A stretch of DNA of 62,139 bases, taken from positions 1 to 62,139 of the forward strand of contig CAKPHD010000003.1 of NCBI GenBank assembly GCA_934155625.1, in the 5' to 3' direction. Below, in pieces: positions 19,272 to 29,618 of the stretch. The translations under genes and the position numbers were made by a program. The notes beneath the pieces were generated by a model that was given only the letters and a program-made list of their open reading frames with translations, had not been told where the DNA came from and did not search any database. Position 1 is the stretch's first letter; every line of letters starts with the position of its first letter. Source of the stretch: an uncultured Clostridia bacterium (lineage in GTDB: Bacteria > Bacillota > Clostridia > TANB77 > CAG-508).

Positions 19272-21269
19272 CTATACTGCTTGATGTTCTTTTACAATCT
19301 CACAAATTAGATTTGCTGCATTCTCTACACCAATTGCATCACTATTAATACAAATATCATAATTAGAAGGATCTTTCCACTCTTTTTCTGTATAATATTT
19401 ATAATGATTTGCTCTTAATTTATTTATTCTGATTATTTCTTTTTCAGCTTTTGCCCTATCTAAATTGTAAAATTCAGTTGCTCTTTTAATTTTATCTTCC
19501 ATGCTACTAGCAACAAAAATACTAACAACATTTTCTTTATCTTTTAATATAAAATCTGCACATCTTCCTACAATTACGCAAGATTCCTTTTCCGCAACTT
19601 CTTTAATTAATTCAGATTCTTTTATAAATAAGTCATCAGAATTGTTTAAACCTGCATAATATCCATTATTAAGTATTGCTAATGCATCTCTTTTTTGTTC
19701 ATTGCTTTCAATATATTCTTCTGCTAAACCTGTTTCTTCTGCTAATTTTTCAACAAATTCTTTATCATATAATTTTATTCCTAATTTGTCTGCAATTAAT
19801 CTTCCTATATATCTTCCGCCTGAACCATATTCTCTAGAAATTGTAATTACTATTTGTTTATCAGTTGTACTATTTTGCTTTGTTTCTTCTTTTACAATTT
19901 CATTAGCATTTACATTTGCTTTTAATCCTTTAACCTCTTTTATTAAGAATATCGCCGCTAAAATAAATGCTATTCCATCTGCTACTGGTCCTGCACTTAA
20001 CACTCCCATGATTCCAAACATACTACTTAATATTATCATTGATGGAATTAATATAACAATTTGTCTTGAAAGTGATAATATTGCACTTTTTGTACTTTTT
20101 CCAATTGCTTGGAAGAATATTCCTGATGGAATTTGTACACCATTTACTATTGTAAGCATTAAATATGTTCTAAATGCTAAACATGCAAATTCCATGTAAT
20201 TTTCATCACCGCTACCAAATATTAATATTAATTTGTCTGGTATTGTTTGGAATAATATAAATGCTATTGTACTTATTACTACACTTGAGCCTAATACTAT
20301 TTTTAATGCTTGTTTTACTCTATCATATTTTCTTGCACCATAATTATATCCAAATATTGGTTGACTTCCTGCTGCTATACCAATTATTATACTATTTAGT
20401 ATTTGGCTTATTTTCATTACTATTCCTAATACTGTTATTGGTATTTCTGCTCCAAATTTGCTTTCTGCTCCGTATTTTCCAAGTAAATTATTTTCAGCTG
20501 TCATAACACATACAACACTCATTTGCGTAATAAAACTGCTTATTCCTAATGCTGAAACTTTTTTACATACATTTGCTTTTAATTTAAAGCTTTCTTTTGA
20601 TAATTTTATTGATTTAAATCTTTTTATATATGCAACATTTAATATAAATGTTAATATTTGACTTATAACTGTTGCTAATGCTGCACCTTCTACACCTTTA
20701 TGAAATACAAATATGAATATTGGATCTAATATTGTATTTAATACAGCTCCACTTACCATACTTACCATTGAATATTTTGGACTTCCATCTGCTCTAATAA
20801 TAGAGTTTAATGTTGTTCCTATCATTGAGAATGGGAATCCTATTGCAATGATTTTCCCATATGCCATTGCATATTCTTTTAAATTTTCTGTACATCCAAA
20901 TATTTTTAAAAATACTGGTAAAAATATAAGTGTTATAATGCAGAATATTACTGAAACAATTGCAGATAGCAATACTCCATTTCCTATTCCTGTTTCTGCC
21001 TCTTTTTTCTTTTTTTCTCCTAATTTTAAACTTAGATATGCTGATGCACCATCTCCAAACATTAATGAAAATGCTAAACATATCATTACTAATGGGAATA
21101 CTACATTTGTAGCTCCATTTCCTAAATATCCTACTCCTTGACCTATAAATATTTGGTCTACTATATTATATAGCGAGTTTACCAACATAGATATTATACA
21201 AGGAATTGAGAATTTTCTGATTAGTTTTCCTATTTTTTCTTTTCCTAATATGTTTTCTTCTTGTTCCAT
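19272..21269 (-). CDS. MATE family efflux transporter fused to a C-terminal cytidylate-kinase-like (Cytidylate_kin2-type P-loop) domain
   Basis: About 12 TM helices of MATE type (..YNIVDQIFIGQGVGYLGNGATNV..) for ~450 aa, then a linker, then IVITISREYGSGGRYIGRLIADKLGIKLYDKEF...VIVGRCADFIL...KLRANHYKYYT. The ATG at 21269 has a GGGAGA RBS; the track start at 21311 lies at or before the predicted TSS. Confidence 0.75.
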   Translation of the reverse strand: MEQEENILGKEKIGKLIRKFSIPCIISMLVNSLYNIVDQIFIGQGVGYLGNGATNVVFPLVMICLAFSLMFGDGASAYLSLKLGEKKKKEAETGIGNGVLLSAIVSVIFCIITLIFLPVFLKIFGCTENLKEYAMAYGKIIAIGFPFSMIGTTLNSIIRADGSPKYSMVSMVSGAVLNTILDPIFIFVFHKGVEGAALATVISQILTFILNVAYIKRFKSIKLSKESFKLKANVCKKVSALGISSFITQMSVVCVMTAENNLLGKYGAESKFGAEIPITVLGIVMKISQILNSIIIGIAAGSQPIFGYNYGARKYDRVKQALKIVLGSSVVISTIAFILFQTIPDKLILIFGSGDENYMEFACLAFRTYLMLTIVNGVQIPSGIFFQAIGKSTKSAILSLSRQIVILIPSMIILSSMFGIMGVLSAGPVADGIAFILAAIFLIKEVKGLKANVNANEIVKEETKQNSTTDKQIVITISREYGSGGRYIGRLIADKLGIKLYDKEFVEKLAEETGLAEEYIESNEQKRDALAILNNGYYAGLNNSDDLFIKESELIKEVAEKESCVIVGRCADFILKDKENVVSIFVASSMEDKIKRATEFYNLDRAKAEKEIIRINKLRANHYKYYTEKEWKDPSNYDICINSDAIGVENAANLICEIVKEHQAV

Positions 21270-21326
21270 TCTTTTCTCCCTTCTTTTATCTTTTTTATTA
21301 TTTTTTGGCATTTTGCCAACTTGACT

Positions 21327-21355
21327 ATTATATAATTTTTTTCAAGATTTGTCAA
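21327..21355 (-). promoter_or_regulatory. consensus sigma-A promoter for the MATE-fusion gene
   Basis: Minus strand TTGACA (21355-21350), 17-nt spacer, TATAAT (21332-21327). Confidence 0.65.
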
Positions 21356-21485
21356 AGGGTTGTTCGGAATTTTTTTTAAAAATTGACTTTTCTCTTATTT
21401 TCTGCTAAAATTATTATTGTCACATAAAATATATGGAATGGATTATTTTCCATGGCGTTGTTTTTTCATTATTAGGAGGACATTT

Positions 21486-21896
21486 ATGGAAGTTAAACAA
21501 GTCTATGTAACTCGGGAAAATCCTGGTAAGATTTTTTCAATTATAGAAGATGAACTACTAGAACAAATTAATACTCAAATCTATATTAAAAACGAAATTT
21601 ATCTTGCTATGAGAAGAAGTGGTTATAATTATCACGTATTTTCTCGGAACTATACCAAAGGTTACCATTATTACCACAATGATGATGAAAATGGTTACTT
21701 TGGTGGTGAAGAATGGTTAGAATTGTCAGAAGGATGTGCTTTTGACAAAGGTATTGCTAGAGCAAGTTTTATTGCTAACAACAATGAATACATGCAAATA
21801 GTAGATTTTAATTCTTCAAAAATACAAAATTATAAACATTATCTTGTAGGATTTCAAAAATTGTTACTTATCCAATTTGAACCTAAATCAAACTAA
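21486..21896 (+). CDS. hypothetical protein
   Basis: 136 aa from the ATG at 21486 (AGGAGGA RBS). No recognisable motif. Followed by the hairpin CAAGAGAATCT-GCAACTTT-AGATTCTCTTG plus a T-run (about 21906-21940). Confidence 0.55.
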   Translation: MEVKQVYVTRENPGKIFSIIEDELLEQINTQIYIKNEIYLAMRRSGYNYHVFSRNYTKGYHYYHNDDENGYFGGEEWLELSEGCAFDKGIARASFIANNNEYMQIVDFNSSKIQNYKHYLVGFQKLLLIQFEPKSN

Positions 21897-22021
21897 GATT
21901 TGAACAAGAGAATCTGCAACTTTAGATTCTCTTGTTTTTATTATTTTTCTCTTAAGTTGATTGGTATTTATAATACCATTTTCATCAATAGCTTCATCAT
22001 TAAATTATTTATATTGAAAAA

Positions 22022-22047
22022 GACTGACATCTTTTACAATGTCAGTC
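22022..22047 (-). terminator. rho-independent terminator of secA
   Basis: Minus strand GACTGACAT-TGTAAAAG-ATGTCAGTC followed by TTTTT. Confidence 0.7.
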
Positions 22048-22057
22048 AATATTGCTA

Positions 22058-24811
22058 CTATTGATTTTTACCACAACAATTTTTATATTTCTTCCCGCTT
22101 CCACATGGGCATGGGTCGTTACGACCAACTTTAGGACCTTCGTTAACAACAGTTTTGTTAACTTCAGTTTTAATTTGTTCCCCATTATCTAAGCTATTGA
22201 TAGCTTGTAGAGCTGCACCAGTAATTTTAGCTGCTTCTTCTCTCTTAACATCTTCTTGTTTACGTAAATTCATAAGAATTTTTACAACATCATGTTTAAT
22301 ATCAAGAACCATTTCCTCGAACATGTCCATACCTTCAATTCTGTATTTAACAACAGGATCTTGTTGTCCATACGCACGAAGACCAATACCATCTTTTAAT
22401 TCATCCATAGCATCTATGTGGTCCATCCATTTTTGATCAACAACTTTAAGCATAACAACTCTTTCAAGTTCTCTTAAGTCATCATTTCCAATTTCTTGTT
22501 CTTTTTCATCATATTTAGACAATGCTAATTCTTGAAGTTTTTCTATTATAGCATTTGAATCTTTTGAGTTTTCTTTAATAAAGTCAACCATTTCAATTCC
22601 AAATGTATTTCTAATATCTGTGTCAAGTGCTTCTACACTAACTTCTTCTTCACTAGCAAAGTATGTTAATACAACTTCTTCTGCAAGTGATTTTATCATT
22701 GTTAATATATTGTCTTTTAAGTTTTCTCCATCTAAAACTTCTCTTCTTTGTTTGTAGATTATTTCTCTTTGTGCATTCATTACATCGTCATATTTTAATA
22801 CATTCTTTCTAGTACTAAAGTTTCTACCTTCAACTTTTCTTTGAGCTGATTCAACTGCATTACTAATCATTTTGTTTTCAATTGGAACATTTTCGTCCAT
22901 TCCTATTTTGTTGTAAACTTTTGTAATCATGTCTCCACCAAAGATTTTCATTAAGTCATCATCAAGTCCTATATAGAATTTAGATTCTCCTGGGTCTCCT
23001 TGACGTCCACTACGTCCACGTAACTGGTTGTCAATTCTTCTTGATTCATGTCTTTCTGTACCAATTATTTTTAGACCACCTGCTGCTATAACTTTTTCTT
23101 TTTCTTCTTTGATTTCTTCATCATATTTCTTTTCTAATTTTTTGAATTCTTCTCTTGCTCTTAAGATGTCTTGTTCATCTGTTTCATAATATGTGTTTGA
23201 TTCCTCTATTAAGTTTTCTGGAACTTTGTTTTTCTTCATTTCTTGTTTTGCTAAGAATTCACTATTTCCACCTAACATAATATCGGTACCACGTCCTGCC
23301 ATGTTTGTAGCAATTGTTACTGCTCCAAACTTTCCAGCTTGTGCTATGATTTCAGCTTCTTTTTCATGGAATTTAGCATTTAATACTTCATGTTTAATTC
23401 CTTCTTTTTTAAGAATTCTACTTAATTTTTCAGATTTTTCTATTGATACTGTACCAACTAGGACTGGTTGTCCTTTTTCGTGGCTTTCTTTTATGCTTTG
23501 TACTATTGCATTAAATTTAGCATTTTCGTTTTTGTATATTACATCATTTTGATCATTTCTTATCATTGGCTTGTTTGTTGGAATTGCAACAACGTCTAAG
23601 TTGTAGATTTCTTCGAATTCTGCCTCTTCTGTCATTGCTGTACCTGTCATACCTGATAATTTGTCATACATTCTGAAGTAGTTTTGGAATGTAATTGTTG
23701 CTAATGTTTTTGATTCATCTGCAATTTTTACTCCTTCTTTTGCTTCTATTGCTTGATGTAATCCATTGTTGTATCTTCTTCCATACATGATACGTCCTGT
23801 GAATTCATCAACTATTAGTACTTCTCCATCTTTTACGATATAGTCTATATCTTTTTTCATTACTCCATGTGCACGTAATGCTTGATTTACATGGTGTACT
23901 AATGTTGAGTTTTCTATATCATTGAAGTTTTCTAGTCTGAATGTTTCTTCTGCTTTCTTAATACCTTTTTGTGTTAATGATGCTGATTTTGCTTTTAAGT
24001 CTACAATGTAATCATATTTTTCATTGTCTTCTGCTTGTGCTTCATCTTTAACATCTTCTTCTACTATTACTTTTGGTGTTAATCTTTTTACAAAGTCATT
24101 TGCTTTTTTGTATAAGTCTGAAGATTGATTTGCTCTACCTGATATGATAAGTGGTGTTCTTGCTTCATCAATTAAAATACTATCGATCTCGTCTACGATT
24201 GCATAGCTTAATCCTCTTTGTACTAATTGATTTTGGTAAATTACCATGTTATCTCTTAAGTAATCAAATCCAAATTCATTGTTTGTTCCATATGTGATGT
24301 CACATGCATATGCTTCTTGTTTTTGTTTTGGTTCCATTCCTGCAATTACAAGACCTACTGATAGTCCTAAGAATTTATATAATTTTCCCATCCATTCACT
24401 ATCTCTTTTTGCTAGATAGTCATTTACAGTTATTACATGTACACCTTCTCCTGTTAGAGCATTTAAATATACTGGAAGTGTTGCTACAAGTGTTTTTCCT
24501 TCACCTGTTTTCATTTCTGCAATTCTTCCTTGATGTAGTATAATTCCACCTATTAATTGCACGTCAAAGTGTCTCATTCCTAATACTCTTTTTGCTGCTT
24601 CTCTTACTACTGCAAATGCTTCTGGTAATATATCGTCTAAAGTTTTTCCTTCTTCTAATTGCTTTTTGAATTCGTTTGTTTTATTTTTTAGTTGTTCGTC
24701 TGTTAATTTTGATATTTCTTCTTCTAGTCCATTTATTTTATCAACTATTGGCATTACTCTTTTTACTTCTTTTTCACTATAGCTTTTAAATATCTTTCTG
24801 AATATTCCCAT
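22058..24811 (-). CDS. secA: preprotein translocase ATPase SecA
   Basis: About 917 aa. DEAD-motor motifs ([42 protein letters not shown]) and the C-terminal zinc motif [14 protein letters not shown]. The ATG at 24811 (MGIFRKIF..) is better spaced from the GGGA RBS than 24823. Confidence 0.95.
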   Translation of the reverse strand: MGIFRKIFKSYSEKEVKRVMPIVDKINGLEEEISKLTDEQLKNKTNEFKKQLEEGKTLDDILPEAFAVVREAAKRVLGMRHFDVQLIGGIILHQGRIAEMKTGEGKTLVATLPVYLNALTGEGVHVITVNDYLAKRDSEWMGKLYKFLGLSVGLVIAGMEPKQKQEAYACDITYGTNNEFGFDYLRDNMVIYQNQLVQRGLSYAIVDEIDSILIDEARTPLIISGRANQSSDLYKKANDFVKRLTPKVIVEEDVKDEAQAEDNEKYDYIVDLKAKSASLTQKGIKKAEETFRLENFNDIENSTLVHHVNQALRAHGVMKKDIDYIVKDGEVLIVDEFTGRIMYGRRYNNGLHQAIEAKEGVKIADESKTLATITFQNYFRMYDKLSGMTGTAMTEEAEFEEIYNLDVVAIPTNKPMIRNDQNDVIYKNENAKFNAIVQSIKESHEKGQPVLVGTVSIEKSEKLSRILKKEGIKHEVLNAKFHEKEAEIIAQAGKFGAVTIATNMAGRGTDIMLGGNSEFLAKQEMKKNKVPENLIEESNTYYETDEQDILRAREEFKKLEKKYDEEIKEEKEKVIAAGGLKIIGTERHESRRIDNQLRGRSGRQGDPGESKFYIGLDDDLMKIFGGDMITKVYNKIGMDENVPIENKMISNAVESAQRKVEGRNFSTRKNVLKYDDVMNAQREIIYKQRREVLDGENLKDNILTMIKSLAEEVVLTYFASEEEVSVEALDTDIRNTFGIEMVDFIKENSKDSNAIIEKLQELALSKYDEKEQEIGNDDLRELERVVMLKVVDQKWMDHIDAMDELKDGIGLRAYGQQDPVVKYRIEGMDMFEEMVLDIKHDVVKILMNLRKQEDVKREEAAKITGAALQAINSLDNGEQIKTEVNKTVVNEGPKVGRNDPCPCGSGKKYKNCCGKNQ

Positions 24812-24951
24812 GTTTTTTCTCATTTCCCTTCTTATATATTTATCGACTTGTTATAATATATCATGATTATATGGACTTTTCAAGTGTTTTTAATTATTTT
24901 TTTGTAAAGGTTAATTACCAGCTGATAATTTATTATAAATTAACGTCAAAA

Positions 24952-24975
24952 AGAAGCTCCCATTTGAGAGCTTCT
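24952..24975 (-). terminator. rho-independent terminator closing the beta-CASP / ClpX-like cassette
   Basis: Minus strand AGAAGCTC-TCAAATGG-GAGCTTCT followed by TTTTTGA, 16 nt after the stop at 24991. Confidence 0.7.
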
Positions 24976-24990
24976 TTACTGATTTTATGG

Positions 24991-26085
24991 TTACTTTAAA
25001 ATATATTTTGTGTTATCTTCTTCAATCCCTTCTTGCAAAATCAATTCTTTATAGGTTCCTTTTGGCTTTGACATCACTTGATACATAATTTTATCAAATA
25101 CATAATTGGTTACATTAGCAAGTTCACGAGCTCCAGTCTCTTTGCCTTCTATTTTTGCTTTTTTTGCAAATGCACTTATATTCTTTTTGGTATACTTGGT
25201 TGTAATTCCATCATTTTTCAGACAGTTTACATACATTTTGAATCTAGACTTTTGAGAACTTGTTAGAATATTTTCAAGTACCTCTTCTGATAATTCATTT
25301 AATTGAACTATCTTATCAATTCTTCCAATAAATTCTTCTTTAAGTCCAAACTCAATCAAATCACTCTTTTTGATTTTTTTGTCTAACTGCATCTGCTTTT
25401 CTGATATTGTTTCTGCTGAAAATCCCATCTTAGTTTCTTTTTTTAATCTTGCTTTTACTATTTCATCAATTCCAGAAAATGCTCCAGCAAAATAAAACAT
25501 GATTTTATCTGTGTTCATTTCAACAGAATCAATGATTCCATTCACTCTGACTAGCTGAAGTGGTATAGTTTTTCCTTCGACTAATTTAAGTAGTGCATCT
25601 TGCACTCCCTTTCCAGAGATATCATGTTGGCTAGGATCCTTAGAAGCTGCTTTTTTATCGATTTCATCAATAATTATTATTCCATTTTCTGCTCTTTCTA
25701 CATCATATTCTGCAACCTCGAGCAGTCGAATAATAATATCTGACACACTTGCCCCAACATAACCTTCTTTTGTGTAATCATTTGCATCTATAGTTATACA
25801 AACTTTTCCTGTTTTTTTAGCAAGCTGTCTTAAAATCTCAGTTTTACCAGTTCCACTTTTTCCAATAATCAATACATTAGACTTTATTTTATAATTGATT
25901 GATTTATATTCAGCATTTACAATCTGCCGAACTTGTTCATCTTGACCTTTTACAGTATCTAAAATAAATTTTTCAGTTTCTGTAATCGTTGGAACTTTAA
26001 CTCTTATAACTGTTTTTGATGTCTGTTGCGGTATTTTTTCCTTTGGGACAGCTTTTAACTTTCTTTTTAAAAATTCCATTTTCAT
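24991..26085 (-). CDS. ClpX-paralogous AAA+ ATPase lacking the N-terminal zinc-binding domain and the RKH loop
   Basis: 364 aa. Walker A IIGKSGTGKTEIL, pore-1 loop EGYVGASV (GYVG), Walker B IIIIDEIDKKA, DISGKGVQDALLKLVEG, and KMGFSAE at the position of the ClpP-docking IGF loop. The bona fide ClpX at 37572-38897 has SMGFGAD there. EFIGRIDKIVQLNELSEE is also present. No CxxC pairs, and no GGRKHPQQE. Confidence 0.8.
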   Translation of the reverse strand: MKMEFLKRKLKAVPKEKIPQQTSKTVIRVKVPTITETEKFILDTVKGQDEQVRQIVNAEYKSINYKIKSNVLIIGKSGTGKTEILRQLAKKTGKVCITIDANDYTKEGYVGASVSDIIIRLLEVAEYDVERAENGIIIIDEIDKKAASKDPSQHDISGKGVQDALLKLVEGKTIPLQLVRVNGIIDSVEMNTDKIMFYFAGAFSGIDEIVKARLKKETKMGFSAETISEKQMQLDKKIKKSDLIEFGLKEEFIGRIDKIVQLNELSEEVLENILTSSQKSRFKMYVNCLKNDGITTKYTKKNISAFAKKAKIEGKETGARELANVTNYVFDKIMYQVMSKPKGTYKELILQEGIEEDNTKYILK

Positions 26086-26143
26086 GATAGATACCTCCTT
26101 TTAGCATCTAAGATATCTTAGATAGAACTTCCTAAAGGAAGTT

Positions 26144-27664
26144 CTATCTAGAATAAGAATTCTTTCTCCGACAAATCATTCTGAGTTTCTTTTTCTTCTT
26201 ATCACTCTTTTCTTTTTTCGGTGGCTCTTGTTTATTTTTAAGCATCGTGTAAAGCTTAGCTCCCATAATTTTTATAAAACCATAATGTGCTAACTTTACA
26301 GTATATTCTCCAAGAACCTCAACTCTCTTAGTAATGTCTGCATTTTCAACTCTTAATGCAAACTTTTTCTTTGTTTCTTTTTCTCCGTGATTTACTAAAA
26401 CTAATTTCAGATTTTTGAATCTAGAAAGTAATTCTAGTAATTCATCAGCTTTTGCATGAGATGAAAACTGACTTGTTGAATAGATTTGAGCCTTAACATA
26501 AAATTCTTGTCCCATAATCCAAACAGCATGATTTTCAAACTCATTGTCAATAAGCTTACGTCCAAGAGTTCCTTCACTACAGTAACTTGTTAAGAAAATT
26601 GCCCAGTTTTCATTGCTAATAACAGATGGCAAATATAACTGTGCTGGACCATGGTCTAACATTCCAGATGTTGTCAAAATAATTTTTTGCCCTTTGGATG
26701 CCATTACAAATGGTCTAGTATCTTTGTCTACCCAATGGAAGTTTTCTGGAAGAAATTCTAATTTTTCCTCTTCGATTTCAAGTTCACCACTCCGATATTT
26801 GTGTGTATATTGATGTGATAAATTTCCATCCAAATAAATAGGAATTTCTTTACTGATTCTTCCGTCATCTTGCATCTGCTTAAGAATAAGCAAAATCTCC
26901 TGAGCCCTGCCTTGTGCCAATACTGGAATAAATAAACTTTTTCTCTGTTCCAATATCATTTTTACATCATCTTCAAAGTTATATTGAATCTCTTTAGTTT
27001 CTGTATCTCCATAAGTAGATTCAACAATAACATTCATCGGCAATCCATAAACCCAAGTAGGTATTGGCTGCACTTCTTTAAAAATGTTGTAAGGCTTGTA
27101 ATCACCTGTAAAGAATAAGTTGATATCTTGTTCTCCAGGATAACTTATCTGCACAAGAATCATTCCTGCCCCAATAATATGCCCATTGTCAAAGTACGTT
27201 ATTTTGATGTTTGGATTAATCCGAATTCCTTCACCAATATTGCATGGTTCTAAGTATTCAAATACTCTCTCAACATCTTCCTCCTCATAAAGTGGTTTTA
27301 CCTTCTGTCTTTGAGAATCTTCTTTCATTATTTGATAAGAATTGCTTAATGAAATTCTCAAAAGCTTGCTGGTAGGCTTGGTTGTAAATATTTTTCCATG
27401 AAAGCCATACTTACATAATAATGGCAATTTTCCAATATGATCTGCATGATTGTGCGTAATTAACACAAATTCAATGTCTTCACTTGCAAATGGAAAATCT
27501 AATTTATTCAACTCGTTGTAAAGCTTTTCTTGGAAAAGACCACAATCGACTATAAATTTAATCTTCCGTCCATTTGGTAAATGCACAACCACTAATAAGC
27601 AGGAACCTGTGACTTCTGGATGCAATGCTGTAATGTGTACATAAAGCTTTTCTTTTGAACCCAT
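26144..27664 (-). CDS. metallo-beta-lactamase fold nuclease of the beta-CASP family (RNase J/CPSF-like)
   Basis: 506 aa. MBL motifs VDCG, ITHNHADHIG (HxHxDH), DNGHIIGAG and FFTGDY. Beta-CASP motifs A VIVESTYG, B FSSHAKADELLELL and C LVNHGE. Lys/Arg-rich C-terminal tail. AGGAAGGAGAG RBS. Confidence 0.8.
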   Translation of the reverse strand: MGSKEKLYVHITALHPEVTGSCLLVVVHLPNGRKIKFIVDCGLFQEKLYNELNKLDFPFASEDIEFVLITHNHADHIGKLPLLCKYGFHGKIFTTKPTSKLLRISLSNSYQIMKEDSQRQKVKPLYEEEDVERVFEYLEPCNIGEGIRINPNIKITYFDNGHIIGAGMILVQISYPGEQDINLFFTGDYKPYNIFKEVQPIPTWVYGLPMNVIVESTYGDTETKEIQYNFEDDVKMILEQRKSLFIPVLAQGRAQEILLILKQMQDDGRISKEIPIYLDGNLSHQYTHKYRSGELEIEEEKLEFLPENFHWVDKDTRPFVMASKGQKIILTTSGMLDHGPAQLYLPSVISNENWAIFLTSYCSEGTLGRKLIDNEFENHAVWIMGQEFYVKAQIYSTSQFSSHAKADELLELLSRFKNLKLVLVNHGEKETKKKFALRVENADITKRVEVLGEYTVKLAHYGFIKIMGAKLYTMLKNKQEPPKKEKSDKKKKKLRMICRRKNSYSR

Positions 27665-27735
27665 AAAATCTCTCCTTCCTTATATATCAAAATAATTTTT
27701 TGATATGAAAGAATTATGTTAATAGTTACATTTTT

Positions 27736-27764
27736 ATTATACACAGATTTCCTCAATAATTCAA
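27736..27764 (-). promoter_or_regulatory. sigma-A promoter of the beta-CASP / ClpX-like cassette
   Basis: Minus strand TTGAAT (27764-27759), 17-nt spacer, TATAAT (27741-27736). The leader contains a 9-bp-arm palindrome ATATCAAAA-N5-TTTTGATAT adjacent to the RBS. Confidence 0.6.
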
Positions 27765-27800
27765 TACTTTATGCATACTTTTTCAAAATTTCACAATTTT

Positions 27801-28352
27801 TTATAATATTCCACTTGTAGGAATATAATCATTGCTTGGTGGCATTACACAAGAATTCTCTGGTTCATCCGCTTCTTTAATCTCTGTAATCATAATAAAT
27901 GGAATTTGTTCATTATGATATTTTCCCATCTCTATACTTCCAGTAATATTAACCCAAGTTCCATCAGTAAATTTCTCTGCCTCTTTACTTTCACACAAAA
28001 AACCGACAACCACAGCTTGAGTTTTACTTTCATTAATAAACATATCTCTTGCTATAACAAACTGATTATCTTTAAAATCAATAACTCTATATATGTAACC
28101 TGTAAAATTAACTTTCATACCAATATATGAATCTGGATCATCATGAACAGCTTTTAAAATATTTGTATAATTCTCTGCCTTAATTTCTGTAATATCTTGC
28201 CTTTTCATTTTATCATTTACTACAAATTTACCACTTGTAAAAAAAATTTTGTAAACACTAAATCCAAATACTCCTAACATAAATATAGAAAGTACTACAA
28301 TTATAATCTTTAGTACTATTCCACCATTTACTTTAAAATTATATATAAACAT
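27801..28352 (-). CDS. hypothetical N-terminally membrane-anchored protein (DUF1980/TIGR03943-like C-terminal domain, tentative)
   Basis: 183 aa. One TM (IVLKIIIVVLSIFMLGVFGFSVY), then GMKVNFTGYIYRV...FVIARDMF......GTWVNITGSI, resembling the C-terminal domain of DUF1980 proteins. Confidence 0.45.
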   Translation of the reverse strand: MFIYNFKVNGGIVLKIIIVVLSIFMLGVFGFSVYKIFFTSGKFVVNDKMKRQDITEIKAENYTNILKAVHDDPDSYIGMKVNFTGYIYRVIDFKDNQFVIARDMFINESKTQAVVVGFLCESKEAEKFTDGTWVNITGSIEMGKYHNEQIPFIMITEIKEADEPENSCVMPPSNDYIPTSGIL

Positions 28353-28419
28353 AAAAAACGCCCCTTCACTTATTTTTGTTTATATAAGTTTATGAGTTAT
28401 TTTCCAATTTATGTCAAAA

Positions 28420-28494
28420 GGTACTTTTGGGACCGGTTCTCAACGGTGCATTTTTATGTTAAGTGTACCGTTGAGAACCGGTCCCATCCGTCAC
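28420..28494. repeat. REP-like doublet in inverted orientation (long hairpin) between convergent/tandem genes
   Basis: GGTACTTTTGGGACCGGTTCTCAACGGTGCA (28420-28450) and GTACCGTTGAGAACCGGTCCCATCCGTCAC (28465-28494). Core plus inner arm give a stem of about 20 bp. Ends 3 nt from the ytvI-like stop codon. Confidence 0.9.
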
Positions 28495-28496
28495 AA

Positions 28497-29585
28497 TTAC
28501 ATAAATCGATTTGATATTCCTTCTTCTAGAACACTAGAAAAAACACTTTTTAGAATTATTAAAACAATTGGTCCAACAAGCATTCCCATCACCCCAATTA
28601 CTTTAAACCCTGTGTACATTGCAATCAATGTAAAAATTGGATGTATTCCTATTTTTCCACTTACTATTTTAGGTTCCAAAAACTGTCTTACAAGTGACAT
28701 TATTATCCATAGCACAATTATTGCCACTCCTAACTGTATATCACCATTTAATGCTTCAATTACAGCCCAAGGAGCCATAACAGAACCAGAACCAAGTATT
28801 GGCAATGCATCTACAAATCCTATTCCTAATGCTATTAATAGTGGATATTTTACATTCATTCCTACAAATTTAAATATATACAGTCCCACCAACGAAATTA
28901 CAAATGACACCAATATAAGTATTGCCTCTGCTTTTAAATATCCTCCCAACTTTATTGTTATTTCTCTAATATGCACTCCTATTTTTTGCACCCATTTTCT
29001 TGGCATATGATGTTCCATAAAGTCCAAAATATAAATCCTATCTGTACATACAAAATATACTGAAAGAATTGTTATTACCACATATATTGCAATTGATGGT
29101 ATTGACGTAATAACTGACATCAATTTTGTTAAAAATCCTGTTATCCAAGTTGATAGCTTAAGCAATACTTCTTTTGAAGCATCTTGCACCAGATTAGCTA
29201 CATTATTCGATATGCTTACTCTTGAAATACTTATTTTTCCTATCGCCTCTTGAATCTGTGTATATGCTCTATCTATATATAAATTCAAAGTTTGCAAAAG
29301 ATTTGTTGATTCCGAAATTAGCGAAACAATCCCCCAAGTTACACTCCCAATTATTACAGCAAAAACTATTACAAATATTATAATTGAACTCATTTTTCTT
29401 GATAACTTTGTTTTTTTCATCAAATACTTTATTCCTGGCTCTATCATCAATGAAATTACAAAAGCCACTAAAAATGGCATATAAAACACTGCCATTTTTA
29501 CCCCTATGTACACCCCAACTATTACTAGGACAATATTTAAAACTCTTCTAATAACTTTATAAATATAATTTAAATCTTCTGACAT
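28497..29585 (-). CDS. ytvI: AI-2E family transporter (sporulation integral membrane protein YtvI-like)
   Basis: 362 aa, about 8 TM helices. The N-terminal pattern and PILGSG..APWA motif are typical of the PerM/AI-2E family. Confidence 0.7.
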   Translation of the reverse strand: MSEDLNYIYKVIRRVLNIVLVIVGVYIGVKMAVFYMPFLVAFVISLMIEPGIKYLMKKTKLSRKMSSIIIFVIVFAVIIGSVTWGIVSLISESTNLLQTLNLYIDRAYTQIQEAIGKISISRVSISNNVANLVQDASKEVLLKLSTWITGFLTKLMSVITSIPSIAIYVVITILSVYFVCTDRIYILDFMEHHMPRKWVQKIGVHIREITIKLGGYLKAEAILILVSFVISLVGLYIFKFVGMNVKYPLLIALGIGFVDALPILGSGSVMAPWAVIEALNGDIQLGVAIIVLWIIMSLVRQFLEPKIVSGKIGIHPIFTLIAMYTGFKVIGVMGMLVGPIVLIILKSVFSSVLEEGISNRFM

Positions 29586-29618
29586 TTGCCCTCTTTTCTA
29601 TGGTAAGAAGTTATATGA

